From: Cyanobacteriota bacterium
GTDB lineage: Bacteria; Cyanobacteriota; Cyanobacteriia; Elainellales; Elainellaceae
Length of the DNA stretch: 64,000 nucleotides
Reading direction: 5' to 3'
NCBI GenBank assembly: GCA_046719575.1
Contig: JBDNCP010000002.1
Span: 2,689-66,688 of the forward strand
Under the pieces are notes generated by a model. The model did not search any database and was not told where the DNA came from. It saw nothing but the letters and a program-made list of their open reading frames with translations. Below are positions 1 to 10,348 of this stretch, piece after piece (position 1 is the first letter of the stretch; each line of letters opens with the position of its first letter). The position numbers were made by a program, and so were the translations under genes.

Positions 1-265
1 CAACCAAAAGACGGTCGATTTCTGCCTGCTTGAGGCTGGGCTGTCCGCCGCGCTTGCCTACGTTAATGCGCTGACAGGTTGCTGGCGCAAGTTCGAGCAA
101 TGCTGGAGAGACGAGTGCATCGTAGACTATGGCTTCAGCCCTTTCCAAGCGCGATCGCCCTTGCAAGGTGAGGTAATCTGGCAGCCCAGGACCTGCGCCG
201 ACGATAGACACAAACCCCATCGGCGCACGGTCGGGCTGAAAAACCGGGTGGGGGGCGATCGCCAT
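1..265 (-). CDS. cobA: Uroporphyrinogen-III C-methyltransferase, 5' part only; runs off the window edge
   Basis: Not in the ORF track. Manual translation from the ATG at 265 (GGAG upstream) gives MAIAPHPVFQPDRAPMGFVSIVGAGPGLPDYLTLQGRSRLERAEAIVYDALVSPALLELAPATCQRINVGKRGGQPSLKQAEIDRLLV. This has the CobA/CysG motifs VGAGPG, YD.LV and VGKRGG..S..Q.EI. Confidence 0.92.
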   Translation of the reverse strand, partial: MAIAPHPVFQPDRAPMGFVSIVGAGPGLPDYLTLQGRSRLERAEAIVYDALVSPALLELAPATCQRINVGKRGGQPSLKQAEIDRLLV

Positions 266-325
266 CAATCTCCACCTGAATGACACAGAAACTAGCTAAG
301 AAGATTCGCTAACGATTCGCCAAGG

Positions 326-2632
326 TTACTCCTGCGGAGTCTCCGAACCCATAATCTCGCGAGTCTTGTTGCGATCAACCTTCAGCACCAACACCCCCAA
401 TGGCGGCAAGCAAAGATCAATCGAATAAGGACGACCATGGAACGACCACTCATCGGCCCACTTTCCACCCAAGTTGCCCATGTTACTCCCGCCATATTCC
501 CGCGCATCGCTGTTAAACAATTCACGGTAAAAGCCAGGCTCTGGAACACCCACACGATAATGAGCGTGAGGCTGAGGCGTAAAGTTACAAACCGTAATTA
601 CATATTCCTCAGGCTCTTTGCCCTGGCGGATGAAAGATACAACACTATGGCGATTGTCGTTGCAATCGATCCACTCAAAACCATCATAGGAAAAGTCTTG
701 CGTATAGAGTGCTGGCTCACTCTTATAGAACTCATTGAGCTTGCTCACAAAATGCTTCAGCTTTTGGTGCGGTTCGTACTGCAACAAATGCCACTCCAAA
801 TCACCCCACACATTCCACTCATTCCACTGACCAAACTCATTGCTCATGAATAGGGTCTTTTTGCCTGGATGGGTGTACATATAGGTATACAAGCATCTCA
901 GGTTGGCGTATTTTTGCCATTCATCCCCTGGCATCTTGCCAATCATGGCGCTCTTTCCATGCACCACCTCATCATGGGAAAACGCCAGCATAAAATTCTC
1001 GCTGAAGGCGTACATGATGCTGAAGGTAATGTTGTTTTGGTGGAACTGGCGGAACCACGGGTCCATGTGGAAGTAGTCCAACATATCGTGCATCCAGCCC
1101 ATATTCCACTTCAGGTTAAATCCAAGCCCGCCAACGTAGGTCGGCCAAGACACCATCGGCCAAGTCGTGGATTCCTCTGCAATGCTGAGGATGCCAGGGA
1201 AGTAACTAAAAATAACGTGATTCATCTGGCGCAAAAAGTCTGCTGCCTCTATGTTTTCTCGACCGCCATACTGGTTTGCCACCCACTCCCCAGGCTTGCG
1301 CTGATAGTCGAGATACAGCATAGAGGCGACGGCATCAACCCGGATGCCGTCGATATGATACTTGTCGAACCAGAAGAGGGCATTGGCAACAAGGAAGTTG
1401 CGTACTTCATTGCGGGAGTAATTGAATACCAGCGTACCCCACTCCTTGTGTTCGCCCTTACGCGGATCGGCATGTTCATAGAGGTGTGTGCCGTCGAACA
1501 ATGCCAGGCCATGACCGTCCTTGGGAAAATGTCCAGGAACCCAATCCACGATGACACCGATACCATTCTGGTGGCACTGATCGATGAAATACATCAAGTC
1601 TTGGGGAGGGCCGTAGCGCGAGGTCGCAGCGTAATAGCCCGTGACTTGATATCCCCAAGATCCATCAAAGGGATGCTCGGCGATAGGCAGCAACTCAATG
1701 TGGGTGAAGCCCAGTTCTTTGACATAAGGAATGAGCTTATCGGCGAGTTCGCGATAGGTCAGGAAGCGTGCGCCCGGCTTGAGGTCGGCGACAATGACAG
1801 GTGGCTCTTCGGTGCCATCCGGGCGGATGTAGGGTTCGGCGGAGGAGGCGTGAAGCCAGGAACCTAAGTGGACTTCGTAGACCGAGATTGGCTGAGTTAG
1901 GGGATCAGTCTGGCGGCGCTTTTCAATCCAGTCTTGATCTTGCCATTCATAGGTTTCCAGGTCTGTCACGATAGAGGCGGTTTTGGGGCGGACTTCCTGG
2001 AAAAATCCATAGGGATCGGACTTTTCGTAAATGTGCCCCTCCTGGTTTTTGATTTCGTACTTGTAGTGAGTGCCCACGCCCAACCCTGGAATGAATAACT
2101 CCCAAATGCCATTGCCAATCCGACGCATTTGGTGCTTGCGTCCGTCCCACCAGTTGAAATCGCCCAGTACGGAGACATTTCGAGCGTTGGGTGCCCAAAC
2201 AGCAAAGTATACGCCTTTGACCCCATCAATCTCAGTGGGGTGTGCGCCAAGCTTCTCGTAGATCCGATGGTGATTTCCTTCGGCAAAGAGGTGGATATCG
2301 AAATCGGTCAGCAGAGGCGATCGGAAGGCGTAGGGGTCATAGGTGACGCGCTCATGCTCGCCCTCTTTGATGCGGAGTTGGTAGTTTGAGAGTTCTGCAC
2401 GATCTAGGATGCACTCAAAGAAGTGGGGATGGTGAGTGCTTTCCATTGGGTACTCGGTTCGCTCTTCGGGGCATACTACCCAGGCTGCGTCTGCGTTTGG
2501 CAGATAGGCACGAACGACCCAGACCGTTTTGTCGTCTTGTGTAATTTGGTGGGGGCCAAGCACCTCGAAGGGGTCGTGGTGCTGGTTCCAAACAATGCGA
2601 TTAACTTGGTCGGGCGCAACGGTCGATGACAT
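326..2632 (-). CDS. glgB: 1,4-alpha-glucan branching enzyme (GH13)
   Basis: Motifs [51 protein letters not shown]. Start moved to the MSSTVAP ATG at 2632. Confidence 0.98.
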   Translation of the reverse strand: MSSTVAPDQVNRIVWNQHHDPFEVLGPHQITQDDKTVWVVRAYLPNADAAWVVCPEERTEYPMESTHHPHFFECILDRAELSNYQLRIKEGEHERVTYDPYAFRSPLLTDFDIHLFAEGNHHRIYEKLGAHPTEIDGVKGVYFAVWAPNARNVSVLGDFNWWDGRKHQMRRIGNGIWELFIPGLGVGTHYKYEIKNQEGHIYEKSDPYGFFQEVRPKTASIVTDLETYEWQDQDWIEKRRQTDPLTQPISVYEVHLGSWLHASSAEPYIRPDGTEEPPVIVADLKPGARFLTYRELADKLIPYVKELGFTHIELLPIAEHPFDGSWGYQVTGYYAATSRYGPPQDLMYFIDQCHQNGIGVIVDWVPGHFPKDGHGLALFDGTHLYEHADPRKGEHKEWGTLVFNYSRNEVRNFLVANALFWFDKYHIDGIRVDAVASMLYLDYQRKPGEWVANQYGGRENIEAADFLRQMNHVIFSYFPGILSIAEESTTWPMVSWPTYVGGLGFNLKWNMGWMHDMLDYFHMDPWFRQFHQNNITFSIMYAFSENFMLAFSHDEVVHGKSAMIGKMPGDEWQKYANLRCLYTYMYTHPGKKTLFMSNEFGQWNEWNVWGDLEWHLLQYEPHQKLKHFVSKLNEFYKSEPALYTQDFSYDGFEWIDCNDNRHSVVSFIRQGKEPEEYVITVCNFTPQPHAHYRVGVPEPGFYRELFNSDAREYGGSNMGNLGGKWADEWSFHGRPYSIDLCLPPLGVLVLKVDRNKTREIMGSETPQE

Positions 2633-3054
2633 GAAACTACCTGCCTGCAAGAGCAATCTAGACTAAGGGGCGGATGTAGCAAAACTCAACTTGACCTTAC
2701 TATACAGGTCGCTCTGTCTAGTTCATCTATCTATCCTGATGGAATTGGCTGATGCACAGTTATGCAGAATGCCAGGGGGCGATCGCCCCTATATATCGCC
2801 AGTACTGACAGATCATCTGCTAGTCAGCGTCATAACGATGACTAGCGGTAGGGGCCATCCTGCAAAGCTATCTGGCCCAATTCTCAAATACCAGCGCTTT
2901 GAGCAAGCCGTCAGTGGTCAGACATTAAAGAGACTAGGAGATTTTGTAAACAAAACACAATATTTGTTTATGTGACTGTAATAAACCGTAGCAAATTACG
3001 GCTCAAGTCTCAAATGATGTTTATTTCTTTGAAAGTGAAAAATCTGCTAGTAAA

Positions 3055-3238
3055 GTAGCGCGGCTGATTGACTGACAAAACCTGGGCATCAGGCGGTTGA
3101 AACCGCTGCTCCATCAACGAAGTCGGCCTTCGCCGACTCTCTACCCTTACCCAAACCCGCGTAGGCGGGTTTCGCCCGTGTAGGCGCGGCTTCTAGCCGC
3201 CAGCGGTAAATGTTTTGTCAGTCAACGAGGTAGCGCGG
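3055..3238. mobile_element. MITE (166 bp, 3064-3229) with 18-bp TIRs and a 9-bp target-site duplication
   Basis: TIR CTGATTGACTGACAAAAC (3064-3081) and GTTTTGTCAGTCAACGAG (3212-3229) match at 16/18. Both ends are flanked by GTAGCGCGG (3055-3063, 3230-3238). Non-coding interior with four short hairpins. Confidence 0.85.
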
Positions 3239-3437
3239 TGTCAACACTCAATCCCTTTCCCTCAACCTTTTTCTCTTGTTCAACCCCTTCATTAACTTAT
3301 CAAACTTATCAAATCAAACTTATCAAAGGTGCGATTGAGGTGCGGCTGAAGGCATGGGGGATTTCTTGCTGACGCTGCTAGAATCACTAGAATTACAGGT
3401 ATTTTTGCAAACCCTCTGATCCTCTGGATCGTTCGCT

Positions 3438-5378
3438 ATGCCAAATGTTGTTGATTCCGCGCCAGTGCTTGATGTTCGCAACTTGCAGGTGCAGTTCAAA
3501 ACCGAAGACCGGTTGAATATTGCAGTTGACGACATTTCGTTTCAGGTAAAGCCGGGGCAAACGCTGGGCATTGTGGGCGAGTCGGGGTCGGGCAAGTCGG
3601 TGACCTCGCTGGCGGTTATGGGGCTATTGCCGCGACCGGCGGGGCGGGTGACGGCGGGCGAGATCTGGTTTCGCGAATCGCCAGAGGGAGAACCCGTGAA
3701 CCTGCTGGCGCTGAGTGAGGAGCAGCGGCGACGGCTGCGCGGGGGCAAGATTTCGATGATTTTTCAGGAGCCGATGAGTTCGCTGAACCCGGTCTATACC
3801 TGTGGGTTTCAGCTTGTGGAGGCGATTCGGCAGCATACGGAGATTTCCGAAGCCGAGGCGCGGCGGCGGGCGATGGGGCTGCTGCAAGAGGTGCGGCTGT
3901 TGCCCAGCGATGCGGAACTGGAGCGGCGCGTGGTGGAAGACTGGCAAAAGCGTGTGCCTGCGGTGGGCCGACAGGGTGTGACAGAGCGAGAACTGAGCGA
4001 TCGCCAGATTCAGCAAGAGGTCATCCGCCAGAAGCAGGCGATGCTGGATCGCTATCCGCACGAACTTTCGGGTGGGCAGATTCAGCGGGTGATGATTGCG
4101 ATGGCGATTTCCTGTAATCCAGTGCTGCTGATTGCCGATGAGCCGACGACGGCGCTGGATGTGACGGTGCAGGCGACGATTCTGGGCTTGCTGCGAGAAC
4201 TGCGCGATCGCCGCAATATGTCCATTATTTTTATCACCCATGACTTGGGCATCATTGCCGAAATTGCTGACTCGGTGGCGGTGATGTATCGCGGCCGGGT
4301 GATGGAGATGGGCCCGGTGATGGACATTTTTTCTAACCCGCAGCATCCCTACACGCGGGGACTCTTGGCGTGTCGTCCGCAGCCCGATCGCCGCCTGCGC
4401 TTTTTGCCGACGGTGGCAGATTTTATGGAGGTGGAGACGGGGCCCGACGGGGCGATCGCCATTACCGAAAAGCCGATGGATTGGGAGCGTCAGCGCCAGT
4501 TGAGCGACGAGATTACCGAAGCCGAAAGCCAGGAGCGCCTGGCTGCCTTGCAAGGGCGATCGCCCCTCGTTTCTGTAGAAAACCTGGAAGTCGGCTTCCC
4601 GGTGCGCGGTTTGTTTGGCAAGACCCAGCGCTATCTGCTGGCGGTCAACGGCGTGTCGTTTCAGGTATATCCGGGTGAAACGCTGGGGCTGGTGGGCGAG
4701 TCGGGCTGTGGCAAATCTACCCTGTCGCGGGCGCTGCTGCGGCTGATTCCCACGATGGGCGGGCGGATTTTTTTTGACGGGCAAGACGTGACGCATTTGG
4801 AGCAGCGCCAACTCCGGCAACTCCGCCGCGATATGCAAATTATTTTCCAAGATCCCTTCAGCGCCCTCGACCCGCGCATCAGCATTGGCGCAGCCGTGCT
4901 GGAGCCGCTAAAGATTCACAATATTGGCAACGCCCGCAGCCGTCAGGAGCGCGTCGCCTACCTGCTGGAGCGCGTTGGGCTAGATCCACGCTGGAGCAAT
5001 CGCTATCCCCACGAGTTTTCCGGTGGGCAGCGGCAGCGCATCTGCATTGCCCGCGCTCTGGCGCTGAATCCGCGCTTTATTGTGTGCGATGAGTCGGTAT
5101 CGGCGCTGGATGTGTCGGTGCAGGCACAGGTGCTGAATTTGCTGAAAGAATTGCAGGAGGAATTCAAACTGACCTATATCTTTATTTCCCACGACCTCAG
5201 CGTGGTGAAATTTATGAGCGATCGCATTATGGTGATGAATCGCGGCCGCATTGAAGAAATTGGCCCGGCCGAGCAAATCTATCGCCAGCCGCAGCAGCCC
5301 TATACACGCCAGTTGATCGACGCAATTCCGGCGGGCACCCTCGACGCAATTCGCCAGCGGCAGGCCCAGCGCGGCTAG
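3438..5378 (+). CDS. ABC transporter ATP-binding protein with two fused ATPase domains (Opp/Dpp/Nik family)
   Basis: Two Walker A motifs ([16 protein letters not shown]), two signatures (LSGGQ, FSGGQ), Walker B motifs, and HPYT/QPYT oligopeptide-ABC C-terminal motifs. Confidence 0.95.
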   Translation: MPNVVDSAPVLDVRNLQVQFKTEDRLNIAVDDISFQVKPGQTLGIVGESGSGKSVTSLAVMGLLPRPAGRVTAGEIWFRESPEGEPVNLLALSEEQRRRLRGGKISMIFQEPMSSLNPVYTCGFQLVEAIRQHTEISEAEARRRAMGLLQEVRLLPSDAELERRVVEDWQKRVPAVGRQGVTERELSDRQIQQEVIRQKQAMLDRYPHELSGGQIQRVMIAMAISCNPVLLIADEPTTALDVTVQATILGLLRELRDRRNMSIIFITHDLGIIAEIADSVAVMYRGRVMEMGPVMDIFSNPQHPYTRGLLACRPQPDRRLRFLPTVADFMEVETGPDGAIAITEKPMDWERQRQLSDEITEAESQERLAALQGRSPLVSVENLEVGFPVRGLFGKTQRYLLAVNGVSFQVYPGETLGLVGESGCGKSTLSRALLRLIPTMGGRIFFDGQDVTHLEQRQLRQLRRDMQIIFQDPFSALDPRISIGAAVLEPLKIHNIGNARSRQERVAYLLERVGLDPRWSNRYPHEFSGGQRQRICIARALALNPRFIVCDESVSALDVSVQAQVLNLLKELQEEFKLTYIFISHDLSVVKFMSDRIMVMNRGRIEEIGPAEQIYRQPQQPYTRQLIDAIPAGTLDAIRQRQAQRG

Positions 5379-5453
5379 GCTGATGGGACGAAGGGTTATG
5401 ATGGCGGGCTGAAGGTCGCTCTAGAGAAGGTTTGAGCGCAATTGAGCTGAACC

Positions 5454-5624
5454 CTAAAACGGCTCGTCCCACGGTTCTCCCAGCAGCCAGGAAAAGAGCA
5501 TGACACCGAGGGCGATCGCCAGCCACGCCGGCCAGTGGAACAAATGGTTGACCAATGCAATCGGAAAATAGACTATCGCTTGCACCAGCGCCAGCGTGAT
5601 GAAAAACGCAACCAGACCAATCAT
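5454..5624 (-). CDS. Small two-helix membrane protein (56 aa; 59 aa from GTG at 5633)
   Basis: Below the ORF-track cut-off. MIGLVAFFITLALVQAIVYFPIALVNHLFHWPAWLAIALGVMLFSWLLGEPWDEPF; AAGGAG upstream; fills the gap between two + strand genes. Confidence 0.6.
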   Translation of the reverse strand: MIGLVAFFITLALVQAIVYFPIALVNHLFHWPAWLAIALGVMLFSWLLGEPWDEPF

Positions 5625-5851
5625 AAAGGCCACGACTTGAGCGACTCCTTGGCAATGCGGGCAACCCTATGCTACCGCAGGGCGGTTGGGGCAAACGCTG
5701 CCTGCATTGCGCTGCTTCCTCGCTATGCTGGTAAAAAGTTAAAAAGTTGAGTGATAGAGGGGCCTGTGAAGCTCAGCCTCCTTTGCCGACATCGGCAATC
5801 TAAAGTCCCCAAAAAATCCAAAATTAGTATCGCCGAATCGCAACATCGGCT

Positions 5852-7549
5852 ATGAAAGGAAAGAAAGACATGAACCCAAAAAAGCCTAAGGGGAACGGTG
5901 CGGGCGCGTGGCTGTTGACCGGAGCGGCGATCGCCCTTGTGGCAGGCGGCGGGCTGGGCTACTGGCTGTCTCGTCAGCCCAAACCGGGCGCAGTCTCCGA
6001 TATACCCGCTGGGCTAGAAGCCGCTCCCCAGGATGCACTGCTGGCGCTGTCGGTGTCTACTCGTCCGGCCCAGTGGCGGCAACTGCGCGAATTTGGCACG
6101 CCCCAGACCCGCGCCCGACTGGATCAAGCGCTGGTAAACTGGCGCGATCGCCTGCTGACCTCCAAAGGCTATCGCTATAACCAAGACATTCAGCCCTGGG
6201 TGGGCGACGAGGTGACGCTGGTGCTGCTGGCTCCGGCGGCAGAAACCGAAAAACCGCCCGCCCTCTGGATATTGCCCATCGAAGATGCCGAAAAAGCGCA
6301 GCAAAGCCTGTCGCGGCTGGGGTCGGGCGCATCTGCCACCGCTCGCAGCCACACTCGCAGCCACAAGGGGATTGCCATTCGCACCCTGCCCGCAACCGAA
6401 GGGCAAACCCTCAGCGCGGCGGTGATAGAGGATCGACTGGTGCTGCTGTCAGACAATGCTCTGGCAATTGAACGGGCAATCGACACCTACCAAAGCGGTG
6501 AGGCGCTAACCCAGTTGCCAAATTATTCACTGGCACTGGCGCAAACCGCAGTGCCAGAACCCTTTGCGCGGCTGTATGTGAACGGGCCCCAGGCGAAGGC
6601 GATCGCCGCTGCGAATTCTATCCAGCCCGCACCGCTACTGGGGCTAACGCCCCTGCAAAATAATCAAGGCCTGGTCGCCAGTGCCCGCCTCACCGACGCT
6701 GGGGTGCAACTGCGCGGCTTTCACTGGCTACCAGCCGACAGTCAAAACCGCTATCGCGTGGTCAACAATGTGGAGGATTTGCCAAGGCTATTGCCAGACG
6801 ATGCGCTGATGGTGGTGTCGGGCAGCAGCTTCCAGCAGTTTTGGCAGGGCTATAGCCAGCAGGGCGGCGTGATCAATCCCCGCAATCCGCTCAATCCCAA
6901 CATGCTGCGCGAGGGACTGCTCAGCACAACGGGGCTAAACCTGGAAACGGAACTGGTGGACTGGATGAATGGCGAATTTGCGCTGGCGCTGCTGCCCCAG
7001 CCCGATGCTAGCGGGGCCCGCCGCCTGTCGCTGGCCTGGGTGGCAGAAACGAGCGATCGCCCCGCCGCAGAAGCCGCCCTTGCCAAGCTAGACGAGGTGA
7101 TGGGCAGCCGCTATCGGTTTCGCGTCACCCAAGCCGAGGTCGGCGGCCAACCCGTGGTGGGCTGGGCATCGCCCTTTGGCTCCATCAACGCGACCCACGG
7201 CTGGCTAAACAACAACACCGCCTTTTTGACCCTGGGCACAGGCACGCTCCCCAGCCTGCTGCCCCAGTCAGAAACGCCTCTGTCTACCGACCCAGACTTT
7301 TTGGCCGCCACCACGACCTCTCTGAACAATCAAAACGGGCAATTTTTTATCGATATTGAGCGATTGCTGACGAGCGACACCCCCTTTCCGCTGCCCAATC
7401 TGCCGAATGGGGCCGAGATTTTTTTAACAGGAATGCGATCGCTCGGCATTACCACTGCCATTGAGGGCGATCGCACGACTCGCTATGACCTAAACCTGAT
7501 CCTGCAAAAATCGACCGAACCCGTTGCGCCCCTGCCGCCGCCAGAGTGA
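5852..7549 (+). CDS. DUF3352-like cyanobacterial membrane-anchored protein
   Basis: N-terminal basic segment plus a TM helix. Motifs DIQPWVGDEVTLVLL and L.DWMNGEFALAL recall DUF3352 proteins (recognised from memory). Confidence 0.8.
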   Translation: MKGKKDMNPKKPKGNGAGAWLLTGAAIALVAGGGLGYWLSRQPKPGAVSDIPAGLEAAPQDALLALSVSTRPAQWRQLREFGTPQTRARLDQALVNWRDRLLTSKGYRYNQDIQPWVGDEVTLVLLAPAAETEKPPALWILPIEDAEKAQQSLSRLGSGASATARSHTRSHKGIAIRTLPATEGQTLSAAVIEDRLVLLSDNALAIERAIDTYQSGEALTQLPNYSLALAQTAVPEPFARLYVNGPQAKAIAAANSIQPAPLLGLTPLQNNQGLVASARLTDAGVQLRGFHWLPADSQNRYRVVNNVEDLPRLLPDDALMVVSGSSFQQFWQGYSQQGGVINPRNPLNPNMLREGLLSTTGLNLETELVDWMNGEFALALLPQPDASGARRLSLAWVAETSDRPAAEAALAKLDEVMGSRYRFRVTQAEVGGQPVVGWASPFGSINATHGWLNNNTAFLTLGTGTLPSLLPQSETPLSTDPDFLAATTTSLNNQNGQFFIDIERLLTSDTPFPLPNLPNGAEIFLTGMRSLGITTAIEGDRTTRYDLNLILQKSTEPVAPLPPPE

Positions 7550-7561
7550 GGGAGTCGCAAA

Positions 7562-7600
7562 CTTCGTTCTTCGTTTTTCGTTCTTCGTTTTTCGTTCTTC
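7562..7600. repeat. Heptamer tandem repeat (CTTCGTT/TTTCGTT), STRR-like
   Basis: cttcgttcttcgtttttcgttcttcgtttttcgttcttc lies between two convergent stop codons. Confidence 0.85.
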
Positions 7601-7604
7601 TCCC

Positions 7605-9794
7605 TTAAACCCTCGTATAAGCAGAATAGACTGCCTTTTCATTGACCCGCACCCGGTTCGCCACAATGCCCAAAACAGGCAGATTCGACACGCGGAAGGT
7701 TTCTAGCGCGTCGGACAATTGCTTGCGCTGAAGCTGGCCCAGGCTGGCGACGATCAGCGTACCGTTAGTGTAGGCGGCGACCACGCTGGAGTCTGCCAGA
7801 TTCAAAATCGGCGGCGTGTCGTAAATCACCAAGTCGAACAGGCCGGCGCACTGGCGGGCGACTTCCTGCATCCGGGGCGAGGTGAGCAGGCGGATGGGGT
7901 TGGGAGCCATCGAGCCAGCGGTGATGACATAGAGCGACGAGTCGGGCGATCGCCGTCGGATTACCTGCTTTAGCGATACGTCATTATCACTTAGCAAGTC
8001 CGTCAAGCCCAGATCATTCGGCACGCTCAGCCGCTCGTGCAGCGTCGGCCGCCGCAAATCGGCATCCACCAGCAGCACCCGCTGACCCAGCGAAGCCGCC
8101 GCCTGCGCCAGATACAGCGCCACGGTGGACTTGCCTTCCTCCGGCGTGGCGGAGCTAATGGTGAGCGATCGCAGCGGTTGCGACGCACTCAGCAAATTCA
8201 CCCGCGTCAGCAAGGACTGGAACGATTCCAGAAATAGCGGCGAGAGCTGCTGATCGGCAGTGAAAATAGCCGTTGGCTGGAGCGGAATCTGCCCCAGCAC
8301 AGGCAGCCGCGCCCCGGACTTTAGCTCGTCGGGCGCATGATAGCGGTCTGCCAGAATTTCGATCAGTAGCCCCACGCCAATGCCCAGCAGCGAACCCAGC
8401 AATGCAGCGAGCAATAAATATTGACTGACGTTAACGCTGGCGATGTTGGTTGGTTCACCGTTCGCGTCGCGGAGCAGGGTTGGTGGATTGATCAGTTCCC
8501 ACGGGGTTTGCTCTTGGGCTGCGTCGATTTGCAGCGCCTTTTGGCGGGCCGAAAACTCGGTCAAGATACCCGTGGCGATATTCAACTGCCGCTGGATTTC
8601 GTCATATTCGTTGGCGGCGGCGGGCAGGCTGCGGATCTGCTGCTGAATCTGGCTCTCGGACTGGGCGATCGCCCGATTGCGATCTTCCAACACGCGAATC
8701 TGGTCTTCGACCTTACCCAATACGCGCCGCGCCTCGCGGTTAATCAACTGCTGGATATTATCGCGCCGCTCTCGCAAATACTGCATGTCTGGGTTTAGGT
8801 CGGTCATGCGCGCGGCTTCGGTCGCCAGTTCTGCCTCGTACTGCTGAAACAGACCCAGCAGCGTTCCATATTCGGGGGCCTGGCTGAGAATGGCGACGGG
8901 ATCATTGGCGGCTAGGGCGGCGTAGCGCGATCGCGCTTCCACCAGGTTTGTGTTGGCGGCAAGCCGTTCCTGGCGCAATGTCCCCGACTGTTGAGTTAGC
9001 TGTGTGCCTTCCAGAGCTGGATCGATAAGAGTATTACTTTCTCGAAAGATTTGCAGCCGCGTCTGGAGATTATCGACCTGCGCTTGCAACGCCGGAATCT
9101 GATTATCAATGAACTGAACTGCTTGCCCAATGCTGGTTTGGCGCTGTTCCAGGGCATATTTCAAGTAATTGCCCGAAAGGTCTTCTAGCGCAGACAGCAC
9201 CACTGCCGGATCGTTGTCTTGATACGACACCCGAATAATTTTCGTGTTCTCGTCTCTGTTGCCGATGCGATTGCTGAGACGTTCTACGACGAGTCGCCGC
9301 TCCAAAATCTGTCGAGCAACTTCATCAGTCAATTCAGGGTTACGCGCCCGGAGGCGATCGACCAAGGGCTTGATTAGTTCAGGATTGCGAAGAATCCGAA
9401 TTTGAGTAGGATAGTCTAGCCGTGGCCGACTGACATCTGTACTACCCACTCCGTCAACTTGGGCGGCTGTCGTTTGGCGGCTAGCCTGGACATCGCTGGT
9501 GACTGGCTCTACCAATAAATCAAAACTGCCAATGTAAGAGGGCGGCGTGTTGCTTGCCTGGTTCAAGATGAGAAAAGTAGCGGCGGCGGTGGTGCTGGTC
9601 GCTATGCCCAGGATGATGGGAACCCGTCGCCGCAGCGCAGCAAAGACCCAGCCGATATTCCAGGATTCCTCTCCCGCAGTGCCGTTAATGGTGGACTGAT
9701 CGACAGTTTCTAGCCTGGCCAGAACGGGTTCTGACATAGACCAGCCCAAGTGCTGTGGGTTGAAATTGGATTGAGAGTTTGGTTCGCTTTTCAT
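7605..9794 (-). CDS. wzc: Polysaccharide co-polymerase / BY tyrosine kinase (Wzc/GumC family)
   Basis: Two TM helices around a coiled-coil periplasmic region, Walker A SATPEEGKST, LLVDADLRRP, Walker B VIYDTPP, C-terminal VYSAY. Start uncertain (9794 or 9738). Confidence 0.92.
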   Translation of the reverse strand: MKSEPNSQSNFNPQHLGWSMSEPVLARLETVDQSTINGTAGEESWNIGWVFAALRRRVPIILGIATSTTAAATFLILNQASNTPPSYIGSFDLLVEPVTSDVQASRQTTAAQVDGVGSTDVSRPRLDYPTQIRILRNPELIKPLVDRLRARNPELTDEVARQILERRLVVERLSNRIGNRDENTKIIRVSYQDNDPAVVLSALEDLSGNYLKYALEQRQTSIGQAVQFIDNQIPALQAQVDNLQTRLQIFRESNTLIDPALEGTQLTQQSGTLRQERLAANTNLVEARSRYAALAANDPVAILSQAPEYGTLLGLFQQYEAELATEAARMTDLNPDMQYLRERRDNIQQLINREARRVLGKVEDQIRVLEDRNRAIAQSESQIQQQIRSLPAAANEYDEIQRQLNIATGILTEFSARQKALQIDAAQEQTPWELINPPTLLRDANGEPTNIASVNVSQYLLLAALLGSLLGIGVGLLIEILADRYHAPDELKSGARLPVLGQIPLQPTAIFTADQQLSPLFLESFQSLLTRVNLLSASQPLRSLTISSATPEEGKSTVALYLAQAAASLGQRVLLVDADLRRPTLHERLSVPNDLGLTDLLSDNDVSLKQVIRRRSPDSSLYVITAGSMAPNPIRLLTSPRMQEVARQCAGLFDLVIYDTPPILNLADSSVVAAYTNGTLIVASLGQLQRKQLSDALETFRVSNLPVLGIVANRVRVNEKAVYSAYTRV

Positions 9795-10348
9795 AGGCTG
9801 CTGAGAATCTGTGGGCGGCTTGATAACGACCGTTCTAATCGCTGAGATGGGGTTCCCCAAATCGGTCGGTTGCTCAGACGATGGGAGTTCTGTTAAACAT
9901 TTACGCTTTTCCACATTTGGGCCCGGATTTTTACGGAAAGTAGAGTTGACGACAGGGGGCGATTTTGCTCTGGAGGAAGGGGCGATCGCCCACAATGACT
10001 CGCCAATCATCCCCCCATCCTCTACGAATCATCAGCAGGGCTGCACTCGGCAAAGCATTGCAAAAAGCACCCTCTGGACATTCAGACACTCGGACAGCCT
10101 AACCGCAGCCTTAGAAAATTTCCGAGTACTCCGGATTCCCACGAAGCCTTCATGAACTTGGATACAGAAGACTTCGAGTTCATATTGCATTTTGTTAACT
10201 TAGCTGCAAGATGCAGAAGGGCGATCGCACTGTGTGTTTTTCGGAAACTGCTGGCTTAAGTTGGAAAGCTGGTTTTAATGTCAGAGCTTTTAGATTAAAA
10301 CTGATACGCTGAAATCTCAAAGAGGATTGAAAACCGAACTATCTTCCT

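Noticed and set aside
437-1867. Long + strand ORFs (138 and 332 aa) opposite glgB, and similar antisense ORFs over the ABC ATPase, leuS, gap, helicase and gltX
   Set aside because: They are shadow frames of well-supported genes in GC-rich DNA, with no motifs.
2691-2975. 94-aa ORF upstream of glgB
   Set aside because: TTG start, no RBS or motif; more likely promoter DNA.
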